From: a virus
Lineage: Duplodnaviria; Caudoviricetes
Virus record (IMG/VR): IMGVR_UViG_2739368068_000001
Location: 1-64,000 of that record
Length of the DNA: 64,000 nt
Direction: 5' to 3' (one strand)
The notes under the pieces were generated by a model. It was not told where the DNA came from, ran no database searches, and saw only the letters and a program-made list of their open reading frames with translations. The position numbers and the translations under genes are program-made. Below, in pieces: positions 17,910-27,065 of this stretch. Numbering within the stretch: the first letter of the stretch is position 1; each line of letters starts with the position of its first letter.

Positions 17910-19441
17910 GCCTCCCGGGCGTCGTCGGTCGGGGCGGCGCTGGTGGCCGTCCACGGCACCGTGTCGGGGCCTTCAAGCGCTGCCTTGATCGTTTCCCGGC
18001 GGGTGCCGGTGGCTTGCTCGATCTTTCGGAGGCTGAGCCGGCGATCCTGGAGTGCCTGCCGGAACTCCTCCCATGAGGCGTAGGTGGTGCGGTACTGCTC
18101 GACGATCTTTGTCAGGGCGGCGATCCGGGCCCGGCGGGCTTGCGTGATCTGGGAGACGTTCGACCGCTCGACCGGGGCGGGGCGGGGCGGGGCCGACCGG
18201 GGCGGGGCGGGGCGGACCGGGGCGGGACGGACCGGGGCGGGACGCTCGGCCGGAGCGGACCGGGGCGGGGCGGGGCGCTCGACCACCGGGGCGGGGTGCT
18301 CGGCCACCGGGGCAGCCGGGGCGACCGGGGCGGGGTGCTCGGCCACCGGGGCAGCCGGGGCGGCCGGGGCAGCCGGGGCGGCCGGGGCGAGGTGCGCGGG
18401 CAGCAGGCCGGGCAGGACGTAGTCCCCGATGCCGGACAGCGCGCGATCCTGCGCAGCCCGGACGGGGCCGCGTACCGACCAGCGGCGCCACCAGCCACGG
18501 TCGCGGGTCAGGGTCCGGTACGCCCACCGGGCGTCGTCGCTGATCTCGATACCGAGCAGGCCACCGACCCGCCATGCACCGAACGTCTCTTGCGGGCTAC
18601 CGATGATCGGCAGCCAGTCGACCAGCGGGAACACGGGCCGGCGGCTGCCGTCGCCGGCGGCGCCGCGCACGAGCCGCTCTGCCCACTTGAGCGCGCTGTG
18701 CAGGATCATCGGGCCGATCAGGGACATGACCGGCAGGAACCAGGCCGCGTCACCGGGGGCGCCCGGGCGGCTGCCGTATGAATGGGTGGCGTACGCCGTG
18801 GCGCCGGCGAACAGCCACACGTAAAGCCGGAAAACTCCGGCCTTGGTGTGCGTGACAGCGCTGTAGACGCAGATCAGGACGCAGACGGCGGCCGACGCGT
18901 CCAGGGCGAGGAATGCGAACCAGGCCCATCCGGCGGAGAGGCCCAGGCCGGCGGCAGGGCTGTCCGTCCGGGCCCAGGCGATGACCTCGTGGGCGGAGAG
19001 CGCCGGCGGGGCTGCGATCACGAAGGCGAGGCCGACCCCCACGGTGACGAGCAGGGCCCCGAGTGCGAAGCGAGCGACCGGGCCGCGGTTCAGGGTGAGC
19101 TTGCCCCACTGTTCCGCGACGCCGGGGCGGGGCGGGGCGGGGCGCTCGACCACCGGGGCGACCGGGGCGGCCGGGGCGGGGCGCTCGACCGGGGCGGCCG
19201 GGGCGGGGCGCTCGACCGGGGCGGCCGGGGCGGGGCGCTCGACCGGTGCGACCGGGGCGGGGCGGCGAGTCCGGGGAAGCCACTGCCGGAGAAACAGCCG
19301 CCCCGGGGCGGGGCGCTCGACCGGGGCGGGGCGCTCGACCGGGGCGCGCTCGACCGGGGCGGGGCGCTCGGCCACCGGGGCGGCCGGGCGAAGCGGCGAC
19401 ACGGCCGGCTCGCGACGCGCGGGCGGGGCGAGGTTATCCAC
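17906..19441 (-). CDS. DUF2637/Spd-like membrane protein with PVERPA repeats and a C-terminal HTH
   Basis: Four hydrophobic segments (LSAHEVIAWA, WFAFLALDASA), Pro-rich repeats, and SLRKIEQATGTRRETIKAAL. Confidence 0.7.
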   Translation of the reverse strand: MDNLAPPARREPAVSPLRPAAPVAERPAPVERAPVERPAPVERPAPGRLFLRQWLPRTRRPAPVAPVERPAPAAPVERPAPAAPVERPAPAAPVAPVVERPAPPRPGVAEQWGKLTLNRGPVARFALGALLVTVGVGLAFVIAAPPALSAHEVIAWARTDSPAAGLGLSAGWAWFAFLALDASAAVCVLICVYSAVTHTKAGVFRLYVWLFAGATAYATHSYGSRPGAPGDAAWFLPVMSLIGPMILHSALKWAERLVRGAAGDGSRRPVFPLVDWLPIIGSPQETFGAWRVGGLLGIEISDDARWAYRTLTRDRGWWRRWSVRGPVRAAQDRALSGIGDYVLPGLLPAHLAPAAPAAPAAPAAPVAEHPAPVAPAAPVAEHPAPVVERPAPPRSAPAERPAPVRPAPVRPAPPRSAPPRPAPVERSNVSQITQARRARIAALTKIVEQYRTTYASWEEFRQALQDRRLSLRKIEQATGTRRETIKAALEGPDTVPWTATSAAPTDDAREA

Positions 19442-19512
19442 GGTGCTTCTCTCCTTCTGGACGTCCAGGGCGCCAGCACGCCCGGGAGTGAGTACACGCT
19501 ACACCGCTGACA

Positions 19513-19543
19513 ATCTTTGGGCTACATGTTGTGTACCAGGCGG
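19513..19543. promoter_or_regulatory. 31-bp dyad site 2 and tra operon promoter
   Basis: ATCTTTGGGCTA-CATGTTG-TGTACCAGGCGG. Minus strand TAGCCC-N17-TAGCGT. Confidence 0.7.
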
Positions 19544-19655
19544 GCCGGGGCGGCGAGCGTGAATGGCCTTTCGGCGTGCCGAGCGAGTCACCCGGTACGG
19601 GCCCGACGGGCCGGATGGCGACCCCGCGCGCCGCCTACTGAGCGTGAGATCGGTC

Positions 19656-19759
19656 GTTGTTGTCGTCGTTGTTGTTGTCGCGGTAGATGGGGTGCCGAAT
19701 CGCCTTATGCAGGTTGGATAGGGCCCGTAGGGAGTGGCAACAACAACGACAACAACAAC
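19656..19759. repeat. 22-bp inverted repeat of GTT/GTC triplets with a spacer of about 60 bp
   Basis: GTTGTTGTCGTCGTTGTTGTTG ... CAACAACAACGACAACAACAAC, one mismatch. Confidence 0.85.
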
Positions 19760-19852
19760 CAGTTACGTGACTGTCAGTGTTGTTCGTCTGGCGCCCGGAC
19801 AGCACTCCGCCCCCCGACCATCGGCCGGGGGGCGAAAGTTCGGGGCGGTGAG

Positions 19853-21328
19853 CTACCGGCGGGCCGCCGCGTGCCCGTCGCGGTCGTCCTGCTCGGCCAG
19901 GCAGCGCGGGCAGGTCACGACGGCACGGTCACTCTCTACCGGCCCGGACGGGACGTGCACCGGCAGTCCGCATGCGGTCACGCCCTCGCCGGGGTGGCGC
20001 GCGTAGTGCGTCGGCTCGCCGCAGTCCGTGTCGGCGCCGTCGCCCTCGATCTGCCGCACGACATCGGCGAACGTCGCGTAACCCCGCTCCGGCACGATCG
20101 GGCCGCCGTGGCGGCGGGTGCCGCGCCAGCCGTAGCCGTCGCACTCGGCGGCCAAGCCGAGGTAGTCGCCGGCGTCGTTGTAGACGCGGATCGTCGCTGC
20201 GGCGCTGCGGCGGCTGTGGCTGAGGCGGTACCGGGTGCAGTTGTCGTCAATGCTCAGGCCCATGGCGCGGGCCAGGATGCGGCCGGCGATCGCGCCGGTC
20301 GGGTCGGACGTGGCGGAGACCTGCGACCAGGTGGGCGCGATGGTGATCGAGTGGCGCCGCTCCCAGCCGCAGCCGCTCCGCTGCTCCGCCTCCCAGGTGT
20401 ACCGGCTGGCTTCGACGTAGATCTCCCCGTCGGACCGGACGGTGATCGAGAAGGCGTAGCGGTTGCCGTTGATCGTCCGAGTCCATGACCGGGTCTGCGC
20501 GTGGCCGCGAAGCTTGAGCCAGGATCCGCCGGCAACGGTGCCCCGGGGCCCGACGGTGAACCGGACGGCCTGTGCCTGCTGGTCGGGGTGGGCCGGGGCG
20601 GCCTGCTCGACGAGCGGGGCGACCGGGGCGGGACGGTTGCGGGGACGCTGCGGGCATGCCTGGCAGAACACGCCGTAGATCGAGCGCTCGACCTTCGCCG
20701 CCGTGAGCTGAGGACTGCCGCCCAGCGGAATCGATCGACGGCACGCCGCGTGCGGGGCGTCGGCCGGACCGGCAACCAGGTGGTACGTCAGGCTGTACGT
20801 CCCCGCCTTGCGGGCGTACATCGCCGGCGCCTGCTCGACCGGGGCGGCCTGCTCGACCGGGGCGGCCTGCTCGACCGGGGCGGCCTGCTCGACCGGGGCG
20901 GCCTGCTCGACCGGGGCGGCCTGCTCGACCGGGGCGGCCTGCTCGACCGGGGCGGCCTGCTCGACCGGGGCGGCCTGCTCGACCGGGGCGGCCTGCTCGA
21001 CCGGGGCGGCCGGGGCCGGCGCCTGGCCGTCAATCTCGGCCAGCGCGGAACGACCCTCGTTGGTGATTCGCACTCGCTGGAAGCAGGGCTCCGTCCCACG
21101 CCGCCCGGCCAGAGGTCGCGCGCACGTCACAGGCTGCCCGTATTCAGCGGTTGCGCACGGCTCACACCGCGCGACCCTTTCCAGCATTCCGGACCGCACG
21201 AGCGCGTCTGCGCTGTGCGGGTGGAAGCCGCCGCCCTGGCCCGCGTGGCCGTTCGCCTCGCCGCCCTTGGCGACTACGAATCGGAGCGTGTTGACCTGTG
21301 CGGGGGACAGCTTGCGGCTGCTCGGCAT
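19853..21328 (-). CDS. Multidomain protein: wHTH-like N-terminus, (VEQAAP)10 linker, Cys-containing domains
   Basis: LSPAQVNTLRF...ADALVRSGML. AGGAGG RBS. Downstream of dyad promoter 3. Confidence 0.65.
   Translation of the reverse strand: MPSSRKLSPAQVNTLRFVVAKGGEANGHAGQGGGFHPHSADALVRSGMLERVARCEPCATAEYGQPVTCARPLAGRRGTEPCFQRVRITNEGRSALAEIDGQAPAPAAPVEQAAPVEQAAPVEQAAPVEQAAPVEQAAPVEQAAPVEQAAPVEQAAPVEQAAPVEQAPAMYARKAGTYSLTYHLVAGPADAPHAACRRSIPLGGSPQLTAAKVERSIYGVFCQACPQRPRNRPAPVAPLVEQAAPAHPDQQAQAVRFTVGPRGTVAGGSWLKLRGHAQTRSWTRTINGNRYAFSITVRSDGEIYVEASRYTWEAEQRSGCGWERRHSITIAPTWSQVSATSDPTGAIAGRILARAMGLSIDDNCTRYRLSHSRRSAAATIRVYNDAGDYLGLAAECDGYGWRGTRRHGGPIVPERGYATFADVVRQIEGDGADTDCGEPTHYARHPGEGVTACGLPVHVPSGPVESDRAVVTCPRCLAEQDDRDGHAAARR
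20829..21008. repeat. Perfect 18-bp tandem repeat, 10 copies
   Basis: GCCTGCTCGACCGGGGCG repeated in frame, no spacers. Confidence 0.95.
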
Positions 21329-21380
21329 CGGTGCCTCCTGTGTCGTCGTTCCGTGGTGTCATCAGACTAGACCGATCACA

Positions 21381-21411
21381 ATCTTTGGTCAACATGATGT
21401 TGCGCAAAGAT
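21381..21411. promoter_or_regulatory. 31-bp dyad site 3 and minus-strand promoter
   Basis: ATCTTTGGTCAA-CATGATG-TTGCGCAAAGAT. Minus strand TTGACC-N17-TAGTCT. Confidence 0.8.
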
Positions 21412-21464
21412 TCGGGGCGGGTGGAAACCCGCAGGTCCCCACCCGCCCCCCCGGGGCGAACGAT

Positions 21465-22091
21465 CTATCGGCGCCGGCGGAGCCGCTGCCGGTCCGCGTG
21501 CGCGGCCACCATCACCGCGACCAGCACGACGACACCGGCGGCGAGCAGCGACAGCAGCGACCACTGTTGAGCCCGCGCGAGTTCGCCGGACAGCATCACG
21601 GCCGGGACGATCGCCAACGCGGCGGCGATGAACCGCCGCCGTAGCCGCCGGTCCAGGTCGCGCGGGTCGATCGGTTCCGGGACGATCGTCGGCAGGCTCT
21701 CCGGCAGCGGCCCGTACCGGTTGACCCACCACCCGGTAAGCAGCGCGAAGTCACGCGGGTCCAGCAGGTCGACCACCAGAACCGCGAAGCCGATATCGGT
21801 AGCCGACGCAGGCAGAAGGCGCCGCACCGACCGACCCGGCCCGTCGACGCCGACCACCTGATCGTCTCCGTTGCCTCGCTCCAGTACCCGGCCCGTGCCG
21901 TAGGCGAGCGCCATTGCGTACGCGGCGACTCGCCGGTACCGGCCGGACTGTGCCCGTAGGTAGCCGGTGCGCATGACGTCGCGCTGCACCTCGTCGAGCG
22001 CGGCGGCCTGGTCGACCAGCTCGATATAGGCGGCGAGGATCGCGGCCGGTGCCGGCGCTGGCCGGTGCTCGTCGATCCGGCGGTTACGCAT
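21465..22091 (-). CDS. Hypothetical membrane protein
   Basis: Two C-terminal hydrophobic helices. Overlaps the upstream gene. Confidence 0.55.
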   Translation of the reverse strand: MRNRRIDEHRPAPAPAAILAAYIELVDQAAALDEVQRDVMRTGYLRAQSGRYRRVAAYAMALAYGTGRVLERGNGDDQVVGVDGPGRSVRRLLPASATDIGFAVLVVDLLDPRDFALLTGWWVNRYGPLPESLPTIVPEPIDPRDLDRRLRRRFIAAALAIVPAVMLSGELARAQQWSLLSLLAAGVVVLVAVMVAAHADRQRLRRRR

Positions 22092-22347
22092 CGCGCGGCC
22101 CCCGCCGGGCGGTGCTGCACAACGCGGCGGCGAGCGCGACCGCAGCGGCGGCCACCGTGGCGATGATCGCGGCGAGCTGGACCGTGCCGACGGTGCGGAA
22201 CACGACGGCCAGGCCGACCGGGACGGGCGCGACGGCGGCGGCGGCGGATCGGAGCAAGGTCTGTCGCCAGCGGTCGGCGGGCGGGGCGGCGACCGCTACG
22301 GCGGAGGGGCGCCGGACGAGCGTGCCCGGCGGGTTGACGGACGGCAT
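22084..22347 (-). CDS. Small membrane protein (Spd-like candidate)
   Basis: Two hydrophobic helices. AAGGGA RBS. Downstream of dyad promoter 4. Confidence 0.5.
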   Translation of the reverse strand: MPSVNPPGTLVRRPSAVAVAAPPADRWRQTLLRSAAAAVAPVPVGLAVVFRTVGTVQLAAIIATVAAAAVALAAALCSTARRGPRDA

Positions 22348-22421
22348 AGGGGGTGTCCCTTCTGGTATCGCCCGGGTGCCAGCACACCCGGGCAGGTTGG
22401 AACCAGAGTAGACACCATGCC

Positions 22422-22452
22422 GTAATTGGTCTACATGTTGTTCACTTATCTA
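22422..22452. promoter_or_regulatory. Degenerate dyad site 4 and minus-strand promoter
   Basis: GTAATTGGTCTA-CATGTTG-TTCACTTATCTA. Minus strand TAGACC-N17-TACTCT. Confidence 0.6.
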
Positions 22453-23213
22453 TGTGCGGTGTTCGGTTCGGTCAGGTCGGCGGCGGTGGCCGGATCGGCG
22501 GCGTCGGCGATGCCGGTCAACCAGGGCAGCACCACCGGTGCCCGGATGGTGTGTTCGGCGCCGGCGGCGCGTAGCCGGTAGGCGCGGGCCCGGGCCGCTT
22601 CGGTCGCGTCGAGCGGGGCGAGCAGCTCGACTAGACCTCGCTCGTGTGCCAGGGCGACAGCGCGAACCCGAGTGATGCCGGCGGGCTCGGGTGGGGCGTG
22701 TGCCGGCGGGGCGACCGGGGCGCCTTCCCGGTCGACGGCGGGCACGCTGCGGACGTCCCAGCGACGGCCGAGCCCGGCCATCATCTGATCTGCCATCTTG
22801 AGCGATAGCGAGCCAGCCCGGCCGAACCGGAGCGCCGCGGCGATCGCGCCACGGGTGCGGCCGGTTCGTTCGGCGAGCTTGACGACGCCGATCCCGGCCT
22901 GCTCCATGGCGTACCGAATCTGCATCCGGCATTGATCCTCCAGCGACGGTGTAACCAGGACTGACCGGATGTCGGCGAGCTGGTCGGCGTCGCCGGCCGG
23001 CCGGGGTTGCTCGGCGAGCTGGCGGCCGATGGTGTAGCCGTCGTGCCATGCCTGCATCCCGTCGAGTGGGTACACGCGGCGGTGGCGGGTGGTCTCGACG
23101 ACGTACCCGGATCCGTCGCCGGCCTGCCCGTGGTACCGGTAGGCGCCGGCGTTGTCGTCGGCGGTCAGTGCCCGCACAAGCCGAGTTGCCGGCGGCTCGG
23201 CGGTGCCTGTCAT
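22446..23213 (-). CDS. Protein with a central XRE-type HTH
   Basis: QIRYAMEQAGIGVVKLAERTGRTRGAIAAALRFGRAGSLSLKMADQMMAGLG. Start codon uncertain. Confidence 0.65.
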   Translation of the reverse strand: MTGTAEPPATRLVRALTADDNAGAYRYHGQAGDGSGYVVETTRHRRVYPLDGMQAWHDGYTIGRQLAEQPRPAGDADQLADIRSVLVTPSLEDQCRMQIRYAMEQAGIGVVKLAERTGRTRGAIAAALRFGRAGSLSLKMADQMMAGLGRRWDVRSVPAVDREGAPVAPPAHAPPEPAGITRVRAVALAHERGLVELLAPLDATEAARARAYRLRAAGAEHTIRAPVVLPWLTGIADAADPATAADLTEPNTAHR

Positions 23214-23511
23214 CTGGCCACCGATGGGGTTGGCGGGGCGGTGGTGGACCGTTCGGGCGTGGGAAGCGCCGACTTGATCACGGATTGCACCCTCTCTAGC
23301 TGTCGTTCGTGGCTCGCTCACATTACGGCCCTGCCCTGGTCAGGACATGAATGGTGCGCCGAAACGTCGCCTACCAGCGGTAAACGATGGTCTGCGGCTT
23401 CGTGACGCGCGGTGACTGTCGGCGGGGTGGGTGGACCGGGCGTGGCCTGGTCAAGGACGATGCGCGCAGGAAATCTGTTCACCCCCGCGCAGGTACGAAA
23501 GGACGTAGCTA

Positions 23512-24168
23512 ATGAAATTGACCATTGGCGGCCTAAAGGGTGGTATCGGTAAAACCACCTCTGCCGCCTTCATCGCCTCGGTGCTGGCCGAGGATGGGCC
23601 GACGCTCGCGATCGACGCCGACCCGCAGTCACAATCGCTGTGGGACTGGTACAACCTCGCGACCAACGCCGGCGAGGAGATCGCGTGGCAGTGTCAGCCG
23701 TGGTCGACGAACGACCTTGCCGACCGGGTCCGCGCCGTCGAGTCGCAATATCGACACATTGTGATCGATGTCGGCGGTGAGACGGCAAGGATGTTCCGGA
23801 CGGCACTCACGGTCGCAAACGAGTTGATCATCCCGTCCAGGCCAAACAGGATCGAGATTCGGCGTCTGCCGGGCACCTTGGACGCGGCGGCCGAGGTGCA
23901 GCAGTTGACGCAGCGGCCGGTGTATCCCCGGGTCATGCTCGTGTCCGTCAACTCGGCCGCATCGGACGAGGCGGAGGTACGAAAGGCGTTCGACCAGGGG
24001 ATTCCGAACGATAACGGCGACCTGGTGCAGATTCCTTGCATGAAGGCTCACATCCGTCAGGGTGTGCTGTACTCCCGCGCGTTCGGTCATGATCCACGGC
24101 CGGAGTTCGGGGATTACGTTGCTGCGGTCGCGGAGATCCGAGCGGACGTCGAGGAAGCGGCGGCATGA
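23512..24168 (+). CDS. parA: ParA partition ATPase
   Basis: Deviant Walker [24 protein letters not shown]. Short type Ib size. Confidence 0.93.
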   Translation: MKLTIGGLKGGIGKTTSAAFIASVLAEDGPTLAIDADPQSQSLWDWYNLATNAGEEIAWQCQPWSTNDLADRVRAVESQYRHIVIDVGGETARMFRTALTVANELIIPSRPNRIEIRRLPGTLDAAAEVQQLTQRPVYPRVMLVSVNSAASDEAEVRKAFDQGIPNDNGDLVQIPCMKAHIRQGVLYSRAFGHDPRPEFGDYVAAVAEIRADVEEAAA

Positions 24169-25052
24169 GCACTGGGAAGGCGTCGAGGTCGAAGCCGAGG
24201 CGGGCCAGCGCGGCGGACTTCACGTTTCGACAGTCAACACCGGTCTACCGCGACACTCCCCCGGGCCCCGTCGCAGACCCGGCCGCAGACCCGGGCACGG
24301 ACGCCGGCACCGGCACGGACGCCGGCACCGGCACGGACGCCGGCACCGGCACGGACGCCGGCACCGGCACGGGCACCGGCACCGGCCCGGGCACGGACGC
24401 CGGCACCGGCACCGGCACGGGCACGGACGCCGGCACCGGCACGGGCACTGGCACGGACGCCGGCACCGGCACGGGCACTGGCCCGGGCACGGGCACTGGC
24501 ACGGGCACCGGCACCGGCCCGGGCACGGACGCCGGCACCGGCACGGACGCCGGCACCGGCACGGGCACTGGCACGGACGCCGGCACCGGCACGGGCACGG
24601 GCACTGGCACTGGCACGGGCACCGGCACCGGCCCGGGCACGGACGCCGGCACCGGCACCGGCACGGGCACTGGCACGGACGCCGGCACCGGCACGGGCAC
24701 AGGCACGGGCACGGGCACGGGCACGGGCACGGACGCCGGCACCGGCACGGGCACAGGCACGGGCGCGCGCCCGGGCGCGCGCGCGTATACGCGCCCGAGC
24801 CGGCGCGCGCAACGCGGCGCGCAGCCCGGCGACGGCCCGGACCCGGACGTGATCGCGGCTGCCAACCGCGACGTCGACCTAGCCGCACGCGGGTACGCCG
24901 CGATCGCCGGGAAGGTCGCAGAGCGACTCGGCGAGCTGGCCGCCGCCGTGTCGGCAGCGCGAAAAGTCGGCGTTGACGGACGGCAGCTCCACGCCGCGCT
25001 GATCATCGCGGGTGTCGACGACGCGACGATCACGGAGGTGCTCGCCGAGTAG
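24165..25052 (+). CDS. ParA partner (putative centromere-binding protein) with a long Thr-Gly repeat
   Basis: ATGA-coupled to parA. Basic N-terminus, about 160 aa of TG/TDAG repeats, helical C-terminal domain. Confidence 0.6.
   Translation: MSTGKASRSKPRRASAADFTFRQSTPVYRDTPPGPVADPAADPGTDAGTGTDAGTGTDAGTGTDAGTGTGTGTGPGTDAGTGTGTGTDAGTGTGTGTDAGTGTGTGPGTGTGTGTGTGPGTDAGTGTDAGTGTGTGTDAGTGTGTGTGTGTGTGTGPGTDAGTGTGTGTGTDAGTGTGTGTGTGTGTGTDAGTGTGTGTGARPGARAYTRPSRRAQRGAQPGDGPDPDVIAAANRDVDLAARGYAAIAGKVAERLGELAAAVSAARKVGVDGRQLHAALIIAGVDDATITEVLAE
24290..24765. repeat. GGCACG/GGCACC hexamer and GGCACGGACGCCGGCACC repeat array
   Basis: Directly visible tandem array. Confidence 0.95.
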
Positions 25053-25182
25053 CCCGGCCCCGACCAACAGCACGGCCCGGCTTCCCGTCGCTTGTGGCGA
25101 GTGGGAAGCCGGGCCGGGTGCTGTCTGCGCGGGGTGGGCGCGGCCGACGAAAGGAACGACCGTCAAACCCTACCATCGACCG

Positions 25183-25677
25183 TCATTGGTCAACATGCAT
25201 GGCCCGCCGAAGCGCGGGCTGCCAGCGGGCGACGGCCTCCGACATGCAGCCGGGGCACAGCGGCGACCCGCCGGGGCCGAAGCGGTCCGGGTGGTAGCTC
25301 CAGCACTTCGCGCACCGGCCGGCCTGTGTGTCCTGCCGGATCGGTGGCAGTTCGGCCCGGGGGTCGGCCCGGGCCTTGACGTCGACGTACAGGCCGGGGT
25401 TGGGGCAGGTCGTCCAGTGGACGTCGTACCGGGGCCGGTCGGCCCGGTCGCGGCCGGGCACGTACGCCCGGGCCGACCAGGTGCCGTCACGCGGGGCGCG
25501 GTCGAGCACCACCAGCCCGTCGGGGTTCCGGGCGGCGTTGACCGGGATCCGGACACCGGCGTACGACGGCACCCACCGGATCCCACCCTGGCAGCCGTAC
25601 GCGTTGCAGCCCTGCACCAGGTAGAGCGGTTCGGCGCCGACCGTGCCGGGCGGCCGGGGTACCGGGGCGGCGGTCAT
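25183..25677 (-). CDS. Zn-finger hypothetical protein
   Basis: CNAYGC, HWTTCP, CAKC and CPGC motifs. Coupled to the Rep stop. Confidence 0.55.
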   Translation of the reverse strand: MTAAPVPRPPGTVGAEPLYLVQGCNAYGCQGGIRWVPSYAGVRIPVNAARNPDGLVVLDRAPRDGTWSARAYVPGRDRADRPRYDVHWTTCPNPGLYVDVKARADPRAELPPIRQDTQAGRCAKCWSYHPDRFGPGGSPLCPGCMSEAVARWQPALRRAMHVDQ

Positions 25678-27065
25678 GACGCGGAAGCCAGGTCAGCGCC
25701 GGCCAGCTCTGCCGGCGGGGGTACGGCCGGCGCCGGGTGGGCGAGTTCGGCGACGGCCTGATTCAGCGCGGCGAGTCCCCGACGGCCGGGCTTGACGTCG
25801 CGTCGGTTGCGGCTCGCCGCTGCCCGGGCGACGGCGCGGGCGACGGCTTGCGGGTCAACGGCCCGGCCGGGAGCTTCCGGGGCGTCGGCGACGTCGGCCA
25901 CGTCGGCCACGTCGGCCGCGTCGGCGGCGTCGAGCGGCGTCGCGAGTCGGGCGGCTTCGCCGTCGTCGACGGGCCGGCCGGGGACGTACGGCGGCGGGGC
26001 CGGCGGGCGAGGGCGCGGCGGCGGCGGCGGAGCGCCGAGATTGGTGATCCGATGCCGGAGGGTGCCGTACACCGTGTCGACGTCCTCCATGGATGGCGAC
26101 AGCGCGTCGACCAGGTGCGCGCGGTGCCATCCGGCGTCGAGGCGTTCGACGACCAGGGCGACGAGCCGCTGTCGCAGCTTGCCGCCGACGCGTCGGGCCG
26201 GCCGAACGTGGGCGGCGGCCTGGACCTCGTCCAGGACCCGCCCCGCGATCGCCTCGGATGATTCGCCGGCCGAGTCGTCGAGGAGATCAGCGGAGTGGCT
26301 CCGTTGACCGGCCTCAGGCGTCGCTGGAGCGCCCGGCGGGGGTTCTTGAGGGGTTCCGGATGGGTCCGAGAATTCTCCCCCTCCTCCGTCCACCGTGCCG
26401 GGGTTGTCGGGTGACTGCCGGTCGGGCCCTGGGTGGTGGTGTTTCTGATCTTCTGGTTCTTCTAAAAGCTGGTTCTTCTCTTCCTTATATAGGAGCCCTG
26501 AATCACCAAGCCCTGGTTCACCAAGCCCTGAATCACCATGCCCTGAGTGACCGGGCCCTGAAAATCCGGGCGTGGTCTGACCTGCGGTTTTCCTGGAACC
26601 TCGTCCATGCCCTGAAAATCCGGGCGTGGTCTGACCTGCGGTTTTCTTGGCTTCGCGAGGTTTCTTCGGTTGCAGTCGGTCGCGTTCCTCCGGCGGCAGC
26701 GGGTCGTGGTAGAACCCGATTTCGTAGAAGAGTTGACCGCCGATCGACCGGCCGTCGTCGTCGAAGGTGCCGGCCGGGTAGTGGCTCTGCTCCATGGTCA
26801 TGAAACCGCGCTCGCGCAGCTCACGGCGAATCGCCTCGTGCTTGTCGCGGCCGACCTCGGACAGCCACCCCTCGATCTTGTCCAGGGTGGTATCCCATGC
26901 GTCCTTACACCCGAGACCGGCACCGAGGATGAGCCGCGAGTATCCGCTCAGTCCCGCATAGACGCCCGTGCCTCGGTGCAGGTCTTGCGACAGGATCGTG
27001 TACCGGTCTTCGAGGTTGCGCCGGTGCACACGTACGCGGACGGAACTAGGGGTTTTCCTGCCCAT
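25674..27065 (-). CDS. Replication initiator (HTH, replisome-organiser type)
   Basis: N-terminal RYTILSQDL...LSGYSRLILG...RELRERGF, internal iteron block, then LYKEEKNQLLE, the layout of lambda O-like initiators. Confidence 0.7.
   Translation of the reverse strand: MGRKTPSSVRVRVHRRNLEDRYTILSQDLHRGTGVYAGLSGYSRLILGAGLGCKDAWDTTLDKIEGWLSEVGRDKHEAIRRELRERGFMTMEQSHYPAGTFDDDGRSIGGQLFYEIGFYHDPLPPEERDRLQPKKPREAKKTAGQTTPGFSGHGRGSRKTAGQTTPGFSGPGHSGHGDSGLGEPGLGDSGLLYKEEKNQLLEEPEDQKHHHPGPDRQSPDNPGTVDGGGGEFSDPSGTPQEPPPGAPATPEAGQRSHSADLLDDSAGESSEAIAGRVLDEVQAAAHVRPARRVGGKLRQRLVALVVERLDAGWHRAHLVDALSPSMEDVDTVYGTLRHRITNLGAPPPPPRPRPPAPPPYVPGRPVDDGEAARLATPLDAADAADVADVADVADAPEAPGRAVDPQAVARAVARAAASRNRRDVKPGRRGLAALNQAVAELAHPAPAVPPPAELAGADLASAS
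26440..26650. other. Putative replication origin within the Rep gene
   Basis: AT-rich tract 26440-26494, five 15-bp-period GCCCTG repeats at 26495-26569, and a 38-bp direct repeat at 26555 and 26609. Confidence 0.6.

Noticed and set aside
20829-21008. Regular repeat array as a CRISPR array
   Set aside because: The units are contiguous with no spacers, in frame within an ORF, and no cas genes are present.
24290-24765. TG repeats as an ice-nucleation or antifreeze protein
   Set aside because: No signal peptide or 16-residue periodicity, and the gene is coupled to parA.
25182-25212. Eleventh dyad site (GTCATTGGTCAA-CATGCAT)
   Set aside because: Only a left half matches, the -10-like box is at 15 bp rather than 17, and it coincides with the last codons of an ORF.
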